From: Felis catus
Lineage: Eukaryota
Assembly (NCBI RefSeq): GCF_018350175.1
Contig: NC_058368.1
Location: forward strand, 218,242,001-218,306,000
Length of the DNA stretch: 64,000 bases
Reading direction: 5' to 3'
Positions 24,376 through 37,846 of this stretch are shown piece by piece. Position 1 is the stretch's first letter. Each line of letters opens with the position of its first letter. The notes beneath the pieces were generated by a model. The model searched no databases, had not been told where the DNA came from, and saw only the letters and a list, made by a program, of their open reading frames with translations. Made by a program: the position numbers and the translations under genes.

Positions 24376-25057
24376 TTATAGTGTTTCACATTAAAACAAA
24401 AAACCCTACATCAACAGTTTTGTATTTTAAAAGGATCAAATTCAGGATAGTACTAAATACACTGGGCACTGGACAAATTTCCAGACATGCTGAAAAATAT
24501 ATGCATATGTACTATTAATTCAGGATGTTATTTTAAAGAAAAAATATATAAATTAGATTTTATGGCTGCACACTTTGTACTGGTTGCCAAATTGTAAAGT
24601 GGTCAGATGTCAAAGCTTCACTTAATTTTGTGTTGCTTGATCTGATGTTTTCTAAGGTTTTTAGGTTTAGAAAAAAAAAGACAGGCAATTAAATTTGAAA
24701 CTAAACAAATAATTTTAATATGAATGCTACATTCAATGTATATTTGATAACCCTTTATTTTCCTTTACTGCTAGAGTGCTTTATATCATATTATTTTTGT
24801 AAGAATTAATTTTAGAAAAGATGTGGTAAACTCCATCTACTGTTGTTGAGGTAGAAAAAAGAAAATAGAGAAATATAATTTGAAGGAAATTAACCTCTTT
24901 ACAATATAAGATAATCTTTTTCTTATGAGTCACTTTAAGAATTTAGACTTCATAGGAGCTGTAAACATATACTAACAATTAAAATGCATTTTAAAATTAC
25001 ACCTTTAAAGTTTATTTTGATTTGATCATCTAATTATAATTATTCAATTATATATAT

Positions 25058-25267
25058 ACTCTTTTCTATTGTGGCTGTACCAGTATTCATTCCCATCAAC
25101 AGTGCACAAGAAGTCCCTTTTCTACATAGTCTGACCAACCCTTGCTACCTCTTGTCTTTTTGATATAGCTACTCTAATGGGTGTAAAGTGACATCAGGTT
25201 GTGGTCTTTATTTGCATTTATCTGATGATAAGTGATGTTGAGCACCTTTTCATGTACCTGTTGGCCA
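25058..25267 (-). mobile_element. L1 ORF2 3' region fragment (L1MA-like)
   Basis: GTGGCTGTACCAG...CATTCCCATCAACAGTGCACAAG...TTTGCATTTATCTGATGATAAGTGATGTTGAGCACCTTTTCATGTACCTGTTGGCCA. Confidence 0.88.
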
Positions 25268-26018
25268 GATCCCCAGACTGATGGGACTGCATCTGGGTCT
25301 TAGACAAGCAGGGCTGGAGTTAGGTCATACAGCTGTAACCAGGTCTGCAGTTGGGTCTGCAGGTAGCAGGTCTGTTACTACACATGGACAGATGTGGTTG
25401 CTGTCAGATCCCCAGGTGGATGAGACTCCTCTGAGACCACAGGCCAGCAGGGCTGGAGCCAGCGAATGGGCCCACTTACGGGGCTGCAGTGGAGTCCATC
25501 TTCAGTGGGCCTTTTACAGGGAAATGTATGGGGGTGGCTCCTCTGGGCCTCTGCACAGTCTCCTGCCAACTGCCCGGACAGGCTCCTAGCCATGCAGGAT
25601 TGCCTTTGGGATTATGATAGAATGGTACAAGAGCCAGGTCGCAGGGTCATTTCAAGATCTGCAATCAGGTCTGCACACATTGGGCCAATCACCAAGGGTA
25701 TGGATAGGTATGCTGGGTCCCTAACTGGACGGGATTCATTGCAGACCAATGAAGAGTAGGGCTGAAGACAAGTCTATAGAGGAATAGATCTGCTTTGATC
25801 TGCAGAAGGGACCATTTTGGTAAGCATGCCACCAGAGCACAGGCTTTTTCAAAGCTGCTCTCCTTGTTCTTGGGCTTCGCTGAAGTTTTGCGTCTTCGTA
25901 CCTAGACTCCAAAACTCCCACCAACGCACTTTGTCCATGTATTATTACCAGATTATTGTTTATGTGGGGTAACAGGAGTTGAGAACCTCTTATTCTGCTA
26001 TCTTACTAACATCACTCC
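25268..26018 (-). mobile_element. L1M 5' UTR
   Basis: GC-richer block; its minus-strand start GGAGTGATGTTAGTAAGATAGCAGAATAAG resembles L1M 5' ends with the CAAGATGGCG (YY1) motif. Confidence 0.6.
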
Positions 26019-27129
26019 CTAGGAAGTGATTTTTCATGTACTTATAATACGCAGTGGAATTTTGAAGGGTTAATCACTATATATTTGCCCAAAGAAAATA
26101 TAAAATACTTTGGAAAACTCATCTATAATTTCCAGAATTCTTATGCCTTCCAGAGATTCTCACTCTTTTCCTTAAATAATGCTGAAAGAGTCATTACTCA
26201 GATTTTATCGTGAGTTCTCCATTATGTAGACTGAATGAACAACATGTCCAAGCACATTTGTTATTAACCTGGAAAGGTTTCTAAGATCCTTCTCATTTTA
26301 TATTAATTTACATTTAGATTAATGGGCCTTTGAGAACATTGGTGGGGGCAAACTATCCTCATGAGTATCTAATTTACTACACATCACTTGCAATGAAATT
26401 ATACCTGCAGAAAGCTTGTCTTATCTATTTTATATTGTTTGCTCTTCACTTTGTTATCAAGAAGAAATGATATTTCCTTTTACCTCCATATTACTAATAT
26501 ATACTGTAAAAGGTGTAAAATATACTATTTAACACACCAAGAGAAAAGGTAGGCATTAGATATTAAGACTGTTTTATTCAAGCTTATTATTGGAACTCAC
26601 TGTGGCTTTCTAAATACGTGGGAAAATAATATCATGTAAATAATAAATTTTGGATAGGAATAGTATGGACTATCAGTATGGACTGATAGTATGGAGTAAA
26701 GAAAAGCAAAAGTATACACCTAAGGAGCCAACGTAATTTTTAAAATTGAACTTCAGTTGTTATCTTGATATACAAGGTAAAATAAAAAATGATGGAATAA
26801 ATACCTTTCAATTATTGAATTTATAATCATTCTCTTGTAAAATTTGATACATTATCTTCAGAGACCATTCAGAAAATGGAATAATTTCTGTGGGAAGTAT
26901 GGCAAAACAGTAAAGGATTATGCAGTGACAGCATTTTCTGCAATGAATGCTTGAGTACATTCCATGATGCTGCTTTTTATATGAGCCTACTGTTAATGAT
27001 GAGCACAAAACATTAAGCATAACTCAGTGAAGCAATTCCGTAAGGTGCTAGAATTATATAGACCAGATGTGTAGCCTTCTGGTGGTGAAACTAAACTCAA
27101 AGACATAATTTAGAGTAGGAATAAGTATA

Positions 27130-27420
27130 TATAGCAATTACATCTCTTTGTATATACCCTAGAGTTATTTCCACATATGTGCACAAATTAGCATATATAA
27201 GAATAATAATTGTACAATTGTTTGCAACACCAAAAGTAAATTATAAAATAAAATAAATGTATATAAATTATGAACTGGGTAAATCATATATTTTATATCT
27301 TTTTAAAATATTTTGTATTGACAACAAGACAATTTAGTTCTAAATAAATAGATACATACTAGTAATTAATCAAAACACAGTATTGAGTAAAAAAAAATAA
27401 AGACAGGAAGCAGGAAAAAA
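27130..27420 (+). mobile_element. L1ME-like 3' fragment
   Basis: TATATACCCTAGAG...CACATATGTGCACAAA...CATATATAAGAAT...ATTGTTTGCAACACCAAAA. Confidence 0.55.
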
Positions 27421-29194
27421 TGATAGTACTCATATTAATTAAGGAAGTACAACTGTCAATCATAATTCCTGGGTTTATAGGTCACAATGATCAAATACCA
27501 GCAATTTACCACAGTTATAAGTTTTTAATATATTTAATATATCTAATTTATAATACGCACATGTTTGTAAACTATTTAAAAAATAAATACACATTCCAAT
27601 CAGAATAGTTATTACTGAAGTTGAGGTTAGCAGGCGGTCCATCAGAAGGCAAACATTGAAGCCCACTTTACCATTCTTGTGATGCAGTGTTTTCAAACAT
27701 TTTTTCATATGTATTATCTTTGATAGAATCTAAAAAACAGAGTCTTGACGTGATTTTCTGAAGATAGCATGGAGTCTGTATTGCTGATTAATTGTTGAAA
27801 GTATATCCACATGTGAAAATTGTTAACTTGATATTCCTTTCTTATTAAAAAGTCGAGGAGCTTGACATATGCCTGGATAAAAACCCATTGACTTCTAAAG
27901 GTATAGTTAAATAATTTTTTCAATCAAATAGAAATTTTCCTGGTGAATATGTAAAAAGCCCACTCCTTCAAACTTATAAGAAACAAATAAATTTCAAATT
28001 TCTGCATCAAAGAGTATGGGTAAACCATTTTTTAGAAGAATCTGCATAAAGCATGCATCCCAGGTGTTAATTCTCTCTGAAACATGCATGTACAGGTAAA
28101 TCAATTAGCTTATATTAATCCTCATCTCTGAGTAAAAATCTTTAAAATCTTAAAATTTCACATGAAACTCGCAGAAAATAATTAAAAAGAAAAAAACAAT
28201 ATAAAGACTTCTTAGCAGTAGGAAAGAAAGTGAATAGAATAAGTATGGTATAGAAATAGAATTTAGCAAAAACTTAAAAAAATATATCAGATCAGATATG
28301 AATATTCAGTTTTAGCCACAGAAACTAACCCATCAAGAAAAAAAAAAGGGATATTCCACATCTAATTAGGATCAACTGCTTTTCAACATAGTTACAACGT
28401 GCAGCAAATCTAAGTATGTGATCCAGATATGAAAATCAAAGCTTCACATTTTCAGGACGTAAGTCCATTTTTTAGTTTACTTTTCAGTGAATTTTATTCT
28501 TACAACTGAATTTTTATTTTAGCATACAACCATTCAATATTTAATATTTGATTTTTAAAATGTTCTAATGGTATTCTTTGCCAAACAAATTATCGAAGTG
28601 GAATATTAGTGTTTACTTGGTTTTTTTTGTATGTAAGTTTTTAAAATTTCCATTGCAGATATTTGAGTCCAATTTACATGTTAAAGAAAATATTCTATGG
28701 GCATAAGTTTTTAGATCAATATGGAAAATTATATTAAGTAATGCAGTATTGGGTTATTTGTCTTTTCTTATTTCTTATGAATTTCCTGAATTTGTTTTCA
28801 GATACTAAAACTTTAAGATTTAACCTAAGGCTGAAGGAAACACTAAACAACGGCTAAATTTCATTACTATTAGAGTCTAATATCTGTTGTTGAAGCCAAG
28901 ATTTATTCACAGAAATTTAAAATTTAAGTGTAAATTTTATCCTTAACTATTAGATGGGTATTTCAATTATTTTTAAAGTAAACATATAAACTTACTAACT
29001 CATTGTCTTTTTAGCATTAAGCCAAGTATTGGCTAGATACTTTTTAGCATTAAGCCAAGTATTGGCTAGCCAAGTATTGGCATTAAGCTAGATAATTTTA
29101 TTTTATACAGAGCTTATGAAGTATGATCTATTTTTAAATTATAAAATAAAATATTTCATTGCTCCTTTTTTCTCCTTTGCTTCTAATTATCACA

Positions 29195-29340
29195 ATGAAG
29201 GTAATTAACACATCCATTAACTAACAGATGTATCCGCTCCTCTTTTTTTTTTTTGTGATGAGAACATTTGAGATCTCTTTTTAGCAAATTTCAAGTGTAC
29301 AATGTATTATTATTGACTATAGTCACCATGTTGTACCTGA
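29195..29340 (-). mobile_element. L1MA-like 3' end fragment
   Basis: TGTGATGAGAACATTTGAGATCTC...TTAGCAAATTTCAAGTGTACAATG...ACTATAGTCACCATGTTGTAC. Confidence 0.8.
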
Positions 29341-29647
29341 AGTTCCATTGATTACTTACTTATCTCATAAAGGGTTAAGTCATCATGTTTCATTACTTTT
29401 CATGTTAGTAATGCAGGAGTTTATATTTTTACATGCATGAGTATATGTGTATATTTGCAAGTAGATGCTGTTTCTCAGTATTTTAATATTGAAATATTCA
29501 TAAATTACATGCAGATTTGAAATACATGAATACATCAATATATTTTTAAGATCTTCGAATGACAATACTTATTCTAAACACAAATTTGATCATGTAAATT
29601 ACTGTCAGTCTAACGATCAAAGAATCATATACAGCATAGTAAATATC

Positions 29648-30140
29648 TGTCATGTTTCTGATTACCCAGCAGGTTGAACATCCTTAGTTATAACGGGAAG
29701 ATTCCCAGTCTGTGGACTTGTATACCAAAGCAAACCCCAAAAATAGAAATTCCTAGAATCACTGCCAGCTAGTACACAGACTTGGAAAAGGACTCTCAAA
29801 TCAGAAACATTACTAACTTAAGTTTGGAAATGAGTCAGGTGACAAAGCCTTCATCACATTCATTTTAGATCATGGTCAAATTATCAGCCTTGATGCCAGC
29901 AGGGATGTCAGTCTGGTATTCTTTTTATTTCAAGATTGAGTATTTGATGAAGAAATAGCTTCAGCTGGAAAACAGCAAGTGTGTTGTCTTTGGGTCAACT
30001 TTAAGATATATGTTCTTAGGCACAGTTCCCGATATTTGTTTTCTACTCCTTGCAACAATTATGTGAACTACCTCATATTATTGAATCCATTTTTGCTTAT
30101 TCATAGACAGTCACCTTCTGTTGCTTGCAACCGAGACTTC
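29648..30140 (+). mobile_element. Old ERVL-type LTR, subfamily uncertain
   Basis: 3' end AATCCATTTTTGCTTA...TTCTGTTGCTTGCAACC is typical of ERVL LTRs. Confidence 0.45.
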
Positions 30141-30764
30141 TTCGTGAAACAGAAAAATCTCAAGTCCACTAAAGAGGTATGTTTGCTATAAGGTAGAAAT
30201 GATGGAAAATCTGACAATAGCTTAAAAACGGCTCTTCCCCTCACCCCCAATGTCCTAAGATGTCAAATAGCAGATTATTGCAATGATTCAAAAGCCCAAA
30301 GCTAACAGGCCACGATTTTGATATTTCTCTTAGCTTTTTTCCACATGATGATTGTTACAGATTCGGGCATTAAGACCGATGTCCTGCAGTAAAAGAAGTT
30401 AAACAAAATAATAATGCAAAAGGCAATAGGAAGCAGGCCAGTTAGGGGCAGAAAACTCACGCAGAATTTTACAGTTCACTTATACTTATGCCTAATTGGC
30501 TCACATTGTGTCATTGAGTCACTATATTCGCAATATAGGCCAATGACTGTAATTTTATAGCAAAGTACATTTCTGCCCCAAATTAAATTGGGATTGATTT
30601 TCAGAAAAGAATTTAGCCTGACCATATCATTTAGAATCAAATGAAGATAATATAAAGCCCTCTACCTATTTTATACCAAAAGGTATATATTCAGTAGAGA
30701 GCCTACGTTTGTAATAATTACCAAAAGCTAGAGGAATGTGTATATTTTCTTTTTAGGAATAACT

Positions 30765-30836
30765 TAAAAAAATTTTTTAATGTTTATTTATTTTGTGTGT
30801 GTGTGAGAGAGAGGCAGAGCTCCAGTTTGGGGGGGG

Positions 30837-30884
<48 letters not shown>

Positions 30885-31008
30885 AAATCTGAAGCAGGCT
30901 TCAGGCTCTGAGCTGTCAGCACAGAGCCTATGCGGGACCCTAAGCCGGGACCCTCAAGATCATGACCTGGGCTGAAGTTGGACGCTTAACTGAGTCACCC
31001 AGGAGCCC
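30765..31008 (-). mobile_element. Can-SINE with (GA)n expansion
   Basis: Poly-T, long (GA)n, ATCTGAAGCAGGCTTCAGGCTCTGAGCTGTCAGCACAGAGCC. Confidence 0.95.
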
Positions 31009-31549
31009 TTTTAGAAATGACTTTTAAACAATAATTATATCAACAGAAGTAGCCTACCGAGGATGTGCTTCTTCTGCTTCAGTCAGAAAAATGCTAACCC
31101 AGCTGATGGGCTATGAGTCACCCTATTAGTTATAATCTTGGAAATGAGAATCTAATACCTGATACCTCATACCTAATACCTGTGAATGTTGGAACCAAAA
31201 ATTGCACTGCTCCAGCACTAGTGGATGGCTGACATTCATCTTCGAACCATCCCACTTGAACTGGTCCTGAATTCAAATCTCATATAGAACCAAATGAAAC
31301 AGAACCAAAATCACATCATAAAGATGATATAAAGAGAAGCTTAGAAATGTAGTTTTTAACTTTTAAGCCTCTATTTTACGGAAAGAAACAGCAGAAAACT
31401 GTTGAGAGATATGTATGACCCTATCTGCTACAGTTGTGTAAAAATAAAATGTATTTCAATAAGCTCTATTCCGTGCCTTTCAGTTACATTTTGCAAAAGA
31501 TCAAATCACACTGCAACTCACTCTTTGGAAGCATAGTGACATAAGGAAT

Positions 31550-32278
31550 AATGTAGAAAACAATCTGCTCTATCTAATTCTATGACCTTCCAATGTGGTT
31601 CCCTTCCCTTATAAAGCCATGTCTAAGCTGCCAGAGCATTCTTTTGATTAACTCCCTCTTTTCTTATTTTCTTCAAATTCATCCATCCTCCTTATAGGAA
31701 CTAGAGAGGAAAACAGGTAAACATTAAAAAGTTAATTTTACTATTATATTTAAAATTCTCCAGTACTCCCTTATCATTACAGATTGGCAGTGAGTTCCCA
31801 CCTGAGCAAATAAGGTTCTGCCAAACTCTTTACTACCAGCACCTCTTGCTTCATCTAACAACATTATTGACCACTTTACGTTCCAAGTGAAGACATTTTA
31901 CAGACATTTTACAAACTTCTTTGCTTTCTAAATCCATAAATTTACTGTTGTAGTATTTTACATGTCTCGTATGTTCCCGCAGCTAAATTCTATTCACCAC
32001 TTAAGATACAACTAGGACACCCCATTCTACTAGATACTGTCCTAACATGATATTCTGTCACTTTTTCTCTCTTTCTTCTTCCCCTTAGGAACATTTCTTA
32101 ATACCCTTTCAGTATATCTATCATTGCACCTACCACATTTTATTTAATCATCTATTGGGGAAACATATTTCCTGTGACATTATGAGTTACTTGAACAATT
32201 GTTTTACATTCGTTTGTATGTTGGCAACACATTATTTAGTGCCAGATGCTTATAAGTAATCAATAAATGTTCATGATA
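31550..32278 (+). mobile_element. L2 3' fragment
   Basis: Ends TTAGTGCCAGATGCTTATAAGTAATCAATAAATGTTCATGA, the L2 3' terminus. Confidence 0.55.
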
Positions 32279-34249
32279 GAAAACAAAATCAAATGGTAAG
32301 GAACACCTTCAGTCATAATATTGATTACACATTTTAAAGAAAAGCTTTTATTCAAGTGCTGCTTGATCTGTTTGTATATGAAGATCAACTGGAATAAAGT
32401 TGATAGTTAAAATGAATGCTTAGACATAGTTAAAAATTTACTTGTATTCCTACAAATAAGAACTAAGATTTGCTGCTGCTGTTTTTATGAACAATAAGTT
32501 CAACTTTCTTTAAAGGATGCATATGTACTCATGCCATGAAACAGTAGTTACTTGAATAAGCGAAGTAGTTTTTAATACCTTAAATTTGTAACTCACTTTT
32601 TTCTATGTCTGTTGTGACAGACAATGCTAAAGCATTTTTTTTAATATATAATCAAATGTTTGGAGATTTTCAGGACAAACTTTCAGAATCTGATTTCACA
32701 ATTAGAGTTTTTTAAATGCTATAGTTACATTCTACATAAGTAGCATAAGTTTTCAGTAGAGAAATATCTTTAAAAAGATTACACTTTATTTATTTGTACC
32801 TTCTTGTTTTCCTATCAAAAGTACAGACTTTGTCTACTTTTTTTAGAGACAAATATAAACATAACTAATTATTCAATTAAAGTTTCTAAGAAGTAACAAA
32901 TGAATTCTTGAAAAAGAATGCCTTCTGTGATTAGTTATACCCTTTGGAAGATCTCTATGATTAATTGTCTCACAATAATTACTTGTCTTCATTAATTAGG
33001 AATATACCTTTTCTCCACCTTCTCAATTCAGTTAAAAGTAAAACAGAAGTGCAATATCCATATGGACTTATTGGTACTAGGCGGCCTTTTAGAAAATGCT
33101 CTCTGAAAAAAGTAACTGTTCAGAAGTTATTTAGTTTGCTTTAAAGTTGCTTTGATTAGTAATTTTGAGGATTGATCCTTAAAGAGTTAATCTAATAAAC
33201 TGCCGTCCCAATAACGGACATTTAAAAAAATCACTAACAAGATATCCCAATATAGAACTATTTTAGTGTGGCAATCAGTAACCATTTTCATTTGAATACC
33301 ACCCAACATTTTCTCCCAGGAAGAAGAACTCTGTCCACGTTTTTTTGCAATCAAAGCTTCGGGATAGTTCCCATTTAAGACACTCATATGGTTCTGTAGA
33401 TTTTTAGCACTGGTTGCTTTTCCCTGAGCATTTGAATTCTGGACTCTGAAGGCTGGGGTAAAAGCTTACTATAAATGTAATTGAGTTTTTAAAGGTTTCT
33501 CTAAAGTTCAGCAGGGATTTAAAATGAAGAATTTCAAGCCTGCCTGGCTATAAATAAAATATGTTCTTTAATGTTGGAACCAAGCACTTTTTTTTTCTTG
33601 TCAGCAGAAGGAGAAAAAAATCATCATTGGAGAAAAATGAAATATGACTGATAAGTCAAAATAGTTTTCATCATTGCCTTGATGTTTTTTTTACTAGAGG
33701 TCAAAGTTCTTATGATATTACTCCTCCTTTTCTTTGGTCATCAGAGGGATTGGGTGGGACCAGATTAAAATACCTCAATTAGGAATTTTTTCAATTATTC
33801 GGCTCAAAATGAGTTGGAAAGAAAAATATATACACACATACATGTGTATACATACATATATAAAACACATACATACATATATATCTAAAGCTTCTGTACT
33901 ATTATTCTGTATTCTTATATAACAAATATTCAAATATTTATAGCAGGATATGGCTACCTAAAAATAGGAAATAATGTCCTAAACAAAAATAAAAAAGGCA
34001 AAGTACATGTAATAAAATATAAATATTTATAATGTTTATGACTGAATGAAGAATAGAGAACATGTAAAAGAATTAAATAGCTTTATGGGAAGAATATAGA
34101 GAACAGTAGGGTATCTAGTTACTGTTTTTATGTAATTAATTTTATATTAAAAGGTAGAAGTTAAAGGCACTAGAACTCACATAATGTGCCAATTTTTAAC
34201 CACAGAATTATATTGATTTCATAAAAGACAGGAACATTACTGAACATCA

Positions 34250-34492
34250 GTTTTTTTTGTTTTTGTTTTTGTTTTTTTTTAAAGGCATTCAGCGTTTATT
34301 TATTTTTGGGACAGAGAGAGACAGAGCATGAACGGGGGAGGGGCAGAGAGAGAGGGAGACACAGAATCGGAAACAGGCTCCAGGCTCTGAGCCATCAGCC
34401 CAGACCCCGACGCGAGGCTCGAACTCACGGACCGCGAGATCTTGACCTGGCTGAAGTCGGACGCTCAACCGACTGCACCACCCAGGCGCCCC
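34250..34492 (-). mobile_element. Young SINEC_Fc (Felis-type)
   Basis: CpG-rich, near-consensus; perfect TSD TGAACATCAGTTT. Confidence 0.97.
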
Positions 34493-34828
34493 TGAACATC
34501 AGTTTCTATTGTACAGGAACAATCATATCAATACAAAAAAATGATCTCTACTCTTGCATAGAATTTACCTTGCATGAAATGTTAACTCAAATCTGAGTCA
34601 AGAAGTCATCGTTGCATTAACACTAAAGAACACAGATCCTATTAGAAGATTATTTTAATCATTTTATTATTTTCTTAGCTATTCAATGAGGACTTCCATT
34701 TATTTCCCAATGATAAGCGTGCATACTTATATTTAAAATAAATGTCATAAAAATAATCTGAGTATTAACTTGCTTTTGGAAGTACTATTACTATAGATAT
34801 ACTTCCAATAAGTCTATTCTACCACACT

Positions 34829-35045
34829 GGGGTGCCTGGGTGGCTTAGTCAGTACAGCATCTGACTCTTGATTTCAGCTCAGGTCATGATCTTGTGGTTT
34901 ATGAGATGGAACCCACATTGACAACGCTGACAGTTTGGAGCCTCCTTCGGATTCCGGTTTCTCTCTTTCTCTCTCTGCCCCTCCCCGGCTCATGCTATTT
35001 TCTCACTCTCCCAAAATAAATGAATAAATGAATAAGTTAAAGAAA
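34829..35045 (+). mobile_element. Can-SINE (older)
   Basis: GGGGTGCCTGGGTGGCTTAGTC...CTCTTGATTTCAGCTCAGGTCATGATC. Confidence 0.93.
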
Positions 35046-36809
35046 AGACCATCCTACCACCACCACTACTAATATTAAAGAGAAAGATGAACAATGATGT
35101 TAACATTTGTTGATGTTGTAAGATTTGAAGTCTTAAATATTTTTCATGAATTACCTCTAATATAAGCATTAAATAATGTTAGAATGCCATTAGGTTTGAA
35201 TATGAGGTCTAGGAGATAAATATATTGTAAAACAATACCACAAAAATCTCTCTCTCTCTCTTTTTTAAAGTTCTAGTTAATTTGACAACCAAATTGGTCA
35301 CAACCACTATTGATATCCACTGTTAAATAAGAACAATGAAAACAAAATATAACTCCAATTAATCAAACCTCCAAAATGATTTCTCTTGTAATTTTTGTAG
35401 TGCTAACAAATGTCTGGGCAACAAATATTTCACAATATAAATTCTCCCCTGCATCAATTTTGTAGCTCGTCACAAAACTGTAGTTGAAACCAACAATGAC
35501 ATAAGCAGAAGACGGATATCTTGTTAATTTTTTCAAAAGTATATTTCAAAGCAGAAGTAAATTTAGTGTTTTCTTATATGTTGATGAGGCAAAAGGAGAT
35601 GAAACATACCTTATCAGTCAAAATTTTACTTTGGTATCTAATAAATCTCTAAAAATATTTCTACTAAGAATGAAGATATACAAGTGAAATATTTGCACAT
35701 TTTTATTTGGTTTGCAAATAAGAAACAATAAATAAGACATATTTTAAATATTTACAGAATGTAAGTCCAGATTTTGGAAAGGAAATTGGGTAAACTTAAG
35801 GTATATAAGGCAAAAATTTGTCTGGAAAATGATGAACTAATTAAAACGTAACAGACTGAATTTAGTTTGTGGGTGCTTCCATTTTTTTAAAGTAGTGGGT
35901 CAGCTAAAATTGTCATAATAAATACATCTTTAACAGTTATGATATATTGTTTCATGCATAATAATAACTGTTATTTTCTAGCTAAATTTCCTGATAGTAT
36001 TTACCAGATAAATGTTAGTTGTGTAGTTTAATATCGCATCAAGTAATCTATAGATTTATAATCAAGGGCCTTTAATTCTGCTGCTTCTAACAATTTAAAA
36101 CATTATCATTAAGATTATGTTTACTAGAAAGTTCAATTGGTGGTTTTTATAACTTCTTACTTTTTTACTCCTTCACCTGAGATTAGTGTATAAATACAAT
36201 CTTTATAAAGATTTATAAAAATAAAATCGTTATAAAAAAAACGCTATGCAAAGCATTAGTCTCACATGGGAAAAAAACTCATTTCTTGCTGTCTTTCAAT
36301 ATTTCAGGTATCAGTACTGTTGTATTGGATGTGACTTTGGATTTGTCCCACTGCATTATCTAGATTATATTTATATTACATTCTTAACTAAATCATTTCA
36401 TAACCTTTACAAAATAATTAGAAAGCAAGATTCTGTTATCTTTTGTATGGCTAAAGTAGGGTAGAAAAAAGTAGGTGCAGGAAAGACATACAAATCCCCA
36501 CGAATAAATATTTGGGTGGGGATTGCCAATTACTATGGGGTTGGATTGACCATCAGCCCAGTTGATGAGAAATACATATTGATGAGATTTTCCACTTTAC
36601 ACTACAGAGAATCTTAAATGTTGATCAATACTGAAGTATCTGTTTTTCCCTTACTTGCTTCAAATCCTAGCTAAGAGTATGGCTCAAATATTTTGTTTGC
36701 TTTCACAACTAGGTTGGATATCTGCAGCTTCCTTATCCATTTATGTTACACGGAAAATATACTGCTAACAGCTTGTGCACTGGCCTTAGTTAAGTTTCAA
36801 AAAATAGTT

Positions 36810-37001
36810 AATTATTATTATTTTCAGAGAGAGAGAGACCAGGGGAGGGTCAGAGAGAGAGGGAGACACAGAATCTGAAGCAGGCTCCAGGCTCTGAGCC
36901 GTCAACACAGAGCCTGGCGCGGGGCTCGAACTCACGAACCGCGAGATCATGACCTGAGCTGAAGTCTGACTCTCAACCGACTGAGCCCCCCAGATGCCCC
37001 C
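36810..37001 (-). mobile_element. Can-SINE
   Basis: GAGACACAGAATCTGAAGCAGGCTCCAGG...GGGGCTCGAACTCACGAACCGCGAGATCATGACC. Confidence 0.95.
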
Positions 37002-37609
37002 AAAACAGTTTAATTATTTAATCTATTGACTGTTCCAATGTAAATTAATGCTTGATATATCTGCTGCCCAAAATAATCAAGGAAAAGAAAACATAGAATA
37101 AAAATGTTAACCTAGAAGCACAAAGCAGGTAAAGTTCTAAATTGAGAGCTGTAGGAAAGTCTAGCATGAATTCAACGTACACTAGAGAACTAGAAAAATA
37201 TGATTAAAAAGTTGTATTGTTTTATGTAGAGTATAATGAAAGAAAACTAGGAGCCTATTTCACTGAGACATTCTGATTCAATTGAATTTATAAACTGCAT
37301 TCTGAATTTGACAGTGTATTAAATAATAACACATCATGATCAACTAACATTTATCCTGGAAATGCATGGCTCTTTTCCCAACAGAAAACCTAAGAATATA
37401 AATCAAAAAATTAATTGACAATGCACAGTCTTACAATTATCTCAAATAATGCACACAAATTATTTGATGGATTCAATGCTTATGATTTAAAATATTTACC
37501 AAATATAGATTGAAAGAAAATATTTTAACTTGTTAATATTTATAAAGAAAAAAATGACAGCAAATATACTAATTGGAGATATACATGCATTTCTAATTTT
37601 TTAAAAAGA

Positions 37610-37846
37610 AATTTACAAATTTTATTTAAATCCAAGTTAGTTAACATATAGTGTATTAATGATTTCAGGAATATAATTTAGTGATTCATCACTCACATAT
37701 CACACCCAGTGCCCATCCCAGCAAGTGCCCTCCTTAATGTCCATCATCAATTTAGCCCATCCCCCCACCCAACACCCCTCCAGCAACCCTCAATTTGTTC
37801 TCTGTATTTAAGAGTCTCTTATGGTTTGCCTCCCCTCTCTGTTTTT
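37610..37846 (-). mobile_element. 5'-truncated carnivore L1 3' end (L1_Carn/L1_Fc-like)
   Basis: TTTATTTAAATCCAAGTTAGTTAACATATAGTG...GCCCTCCTTAATGTCCATCA; TSD about GGAGATATACATGCATTT/GGAGCTATTACATGCATTT. Confidence 0.9.

Noticed and set aside
29007..29094. Repeated palindromic unit resembling a CRISPR repeat
   Set aside because: Eukaryotic context, no unique spacers and no cas genes; it is a local duplication
33187..33465. Minus-strand open frame of about 90 codons after a TTTTACCCCAG acceptor-like site
   Set aside because: No recognisable homology, no good donor site and no partner exons; cannot be supported as coding without RNA or conservation data
34776..34808. Inverted repeat TTGGAAGTA...TACTTCCAA
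   Set aside because: A 9-bp stem with a long AT-rich loop is plausible by chance; no TSD or MITE context
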